Below are positions 63,241-64,000 of a stretch of 64,000 bases of DNA, piece after piece (position 1 is the stretch's first letter; each line of letters starts with the position of its first letter). The stretch lies in NCBI GenBank assembly GCA_903889905.1, contig CAISZI010000051.1, positions 2,647 through 66,646 of the forward strand, read 5' to 3'. A program made the position numbers and the translations under genes. Below the pieces are notes generated by a model. That model was not told where the DNA came from and made no database searches. It was given only the letters and a program-made list of their open reading frames with translations. This DNA is from Candidatus Wirthbacteria bacterium (GTDB lineage: Bacteria; Patescibacteriota; CG2-30-54-11).

Positions 63241-64000
63241 ATGACTCAAACAGGTTTTGAGGATGGCAGCGATAGCAATCCCATGATTCGTTTCATGGAG
63301 ACGCGGGTTCATTATCCCGGTACGTCTGAATCGGATGGCAGTCCTTTTCCGGATCCATTAATTCCGAGCCGTTTTGCGTTATCACTTTGCCTTGCCGGTA
63401 TGTCTGACTTGCTGGATGCCCGTCGCGATTTGGCTGCCGGAGTGGAAGTTGTGACAAGGATAGAGCAGGTTTATGGGGAAATAGCTGGTTTACTTGAGAT
63501 TGATACAATTTTGAAGGCATATCATGGCACCAATAAAGGTAGTTCGAAAAGAAACTTTAAAAGGTTAGAGCGGGAGTTGCATTATCAAATTGAGGACGAG
63601 AAGAGGCTTTTTGAGCAATCTGGTTTTACCTCAGCAGCAGAAGAAGGAAGATTAAGGAAGGAATTAGCAGTGGTTTTGGCACAAAAATTGGGGGAAGTTT
63701 GTGGCTTGTCACGACAAAGTGGTGTTGAAATGCTGAGAAAAAAATGTATTTATCGTGTGGCAGGTATGGTACAGGCAGAACAAAAGTTGAGCTGGTTACG
63801 AGCTGAAGTAGGAGAATCCGGAGGGAGTGAATTACACTCAAGCGAAGAGCAACTGCGTAAGTGTCTGTGCGAGCTGACGCGCTCTTCTGGTTTGGGGGTG
63901 CTAAGTCTGGATGATTTGGCCAGTGCTGGCTTTGGCCGGGAAAGTTATCCGTTTGTTTTGGGCCGAGAAATGGCCGGAGACGAAGCTTTGGCCTTGATTG
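63241..64000 (+). CDS. hypothetical protein, 5' part (ORF runs off the window end)
   Basis: Open frame from the ATG at 63241 to the window end with no stop; no motif recognised. Confidence 0.3.
   Translation, partial: MTQTGFEDGSDSNPMIRFMETRVHYPGTSESDGSPFPDPLIPSRFALSLCLAGMSDLLDARRDLAAGVEVVTRIEQVYGEIAGLLEIDTILKAYHGTNKGSSKRNFKRLERELHYQIEDEKRLFEQSGFTSAAEEGRLRKELAVVLAQKLGEVCGLSRQSGVEMLRKKCIYRVAGMVQAEQKLSWLRAEVGESGGSELHSSEEQLRKCLCELTRSSGLGVLSLDDLASAGFGRESYPFVLGREMAGDEALALI

Overview
This is a densely coded bacterial chromosomal segment of roughly 50-52% GC; lineage cannot be assigned by eye. Recognisable core genes: groES-groEL with a perfect CIRCE operator and a consensus promoter, pdxS/pdxT, glnA, gatC-gatA-(asparaginase)-gatB, comM, nadE, a P-type ATPase, a minus-strand tmRNA (ssrA) and smpB. 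No rRNA, tRNA or CRISPR array was seen by eye. Other content: seven stand-alone receiver-domain proteins in two clusters plus a split sensor kinase; three very large GT-C-like integral membrane proteins; an archaeal-type HMG-CoA-synthase / thiolase-like / DUF35 / PH-membrane gene set next to a complete biotin-dependent acyl-CoA carboxylase set; and a HepT/MntA toxin-antitoxin pair. The most unusual points: (i) groEL carries an in-frame TAA at 4399-4401. (ii) Three short repeat families are present: a miniature inverted-repeat element with 12-bp termini (two copies, one inside the groES-groEL spacer), a dispersed CCTCC...GGAGG palindromic unit, and many C5/G5 hairpin modules that sit directly on stop codons. 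(iii) A compositionally atypical stretch (25.8-30.1 kb) holds two divergent unknown proteins, an ORF-poor GC-rich segment, a small membrane protein cassette and a DUF4143 ATPase behind tandem palindromic operator repeats. (iv) A promoter- and terminator-bounded structured leader or sRNA of about 265 nt lies upstream of glnA. (v) An asparaginase-family gene is embedded in the gat operon.
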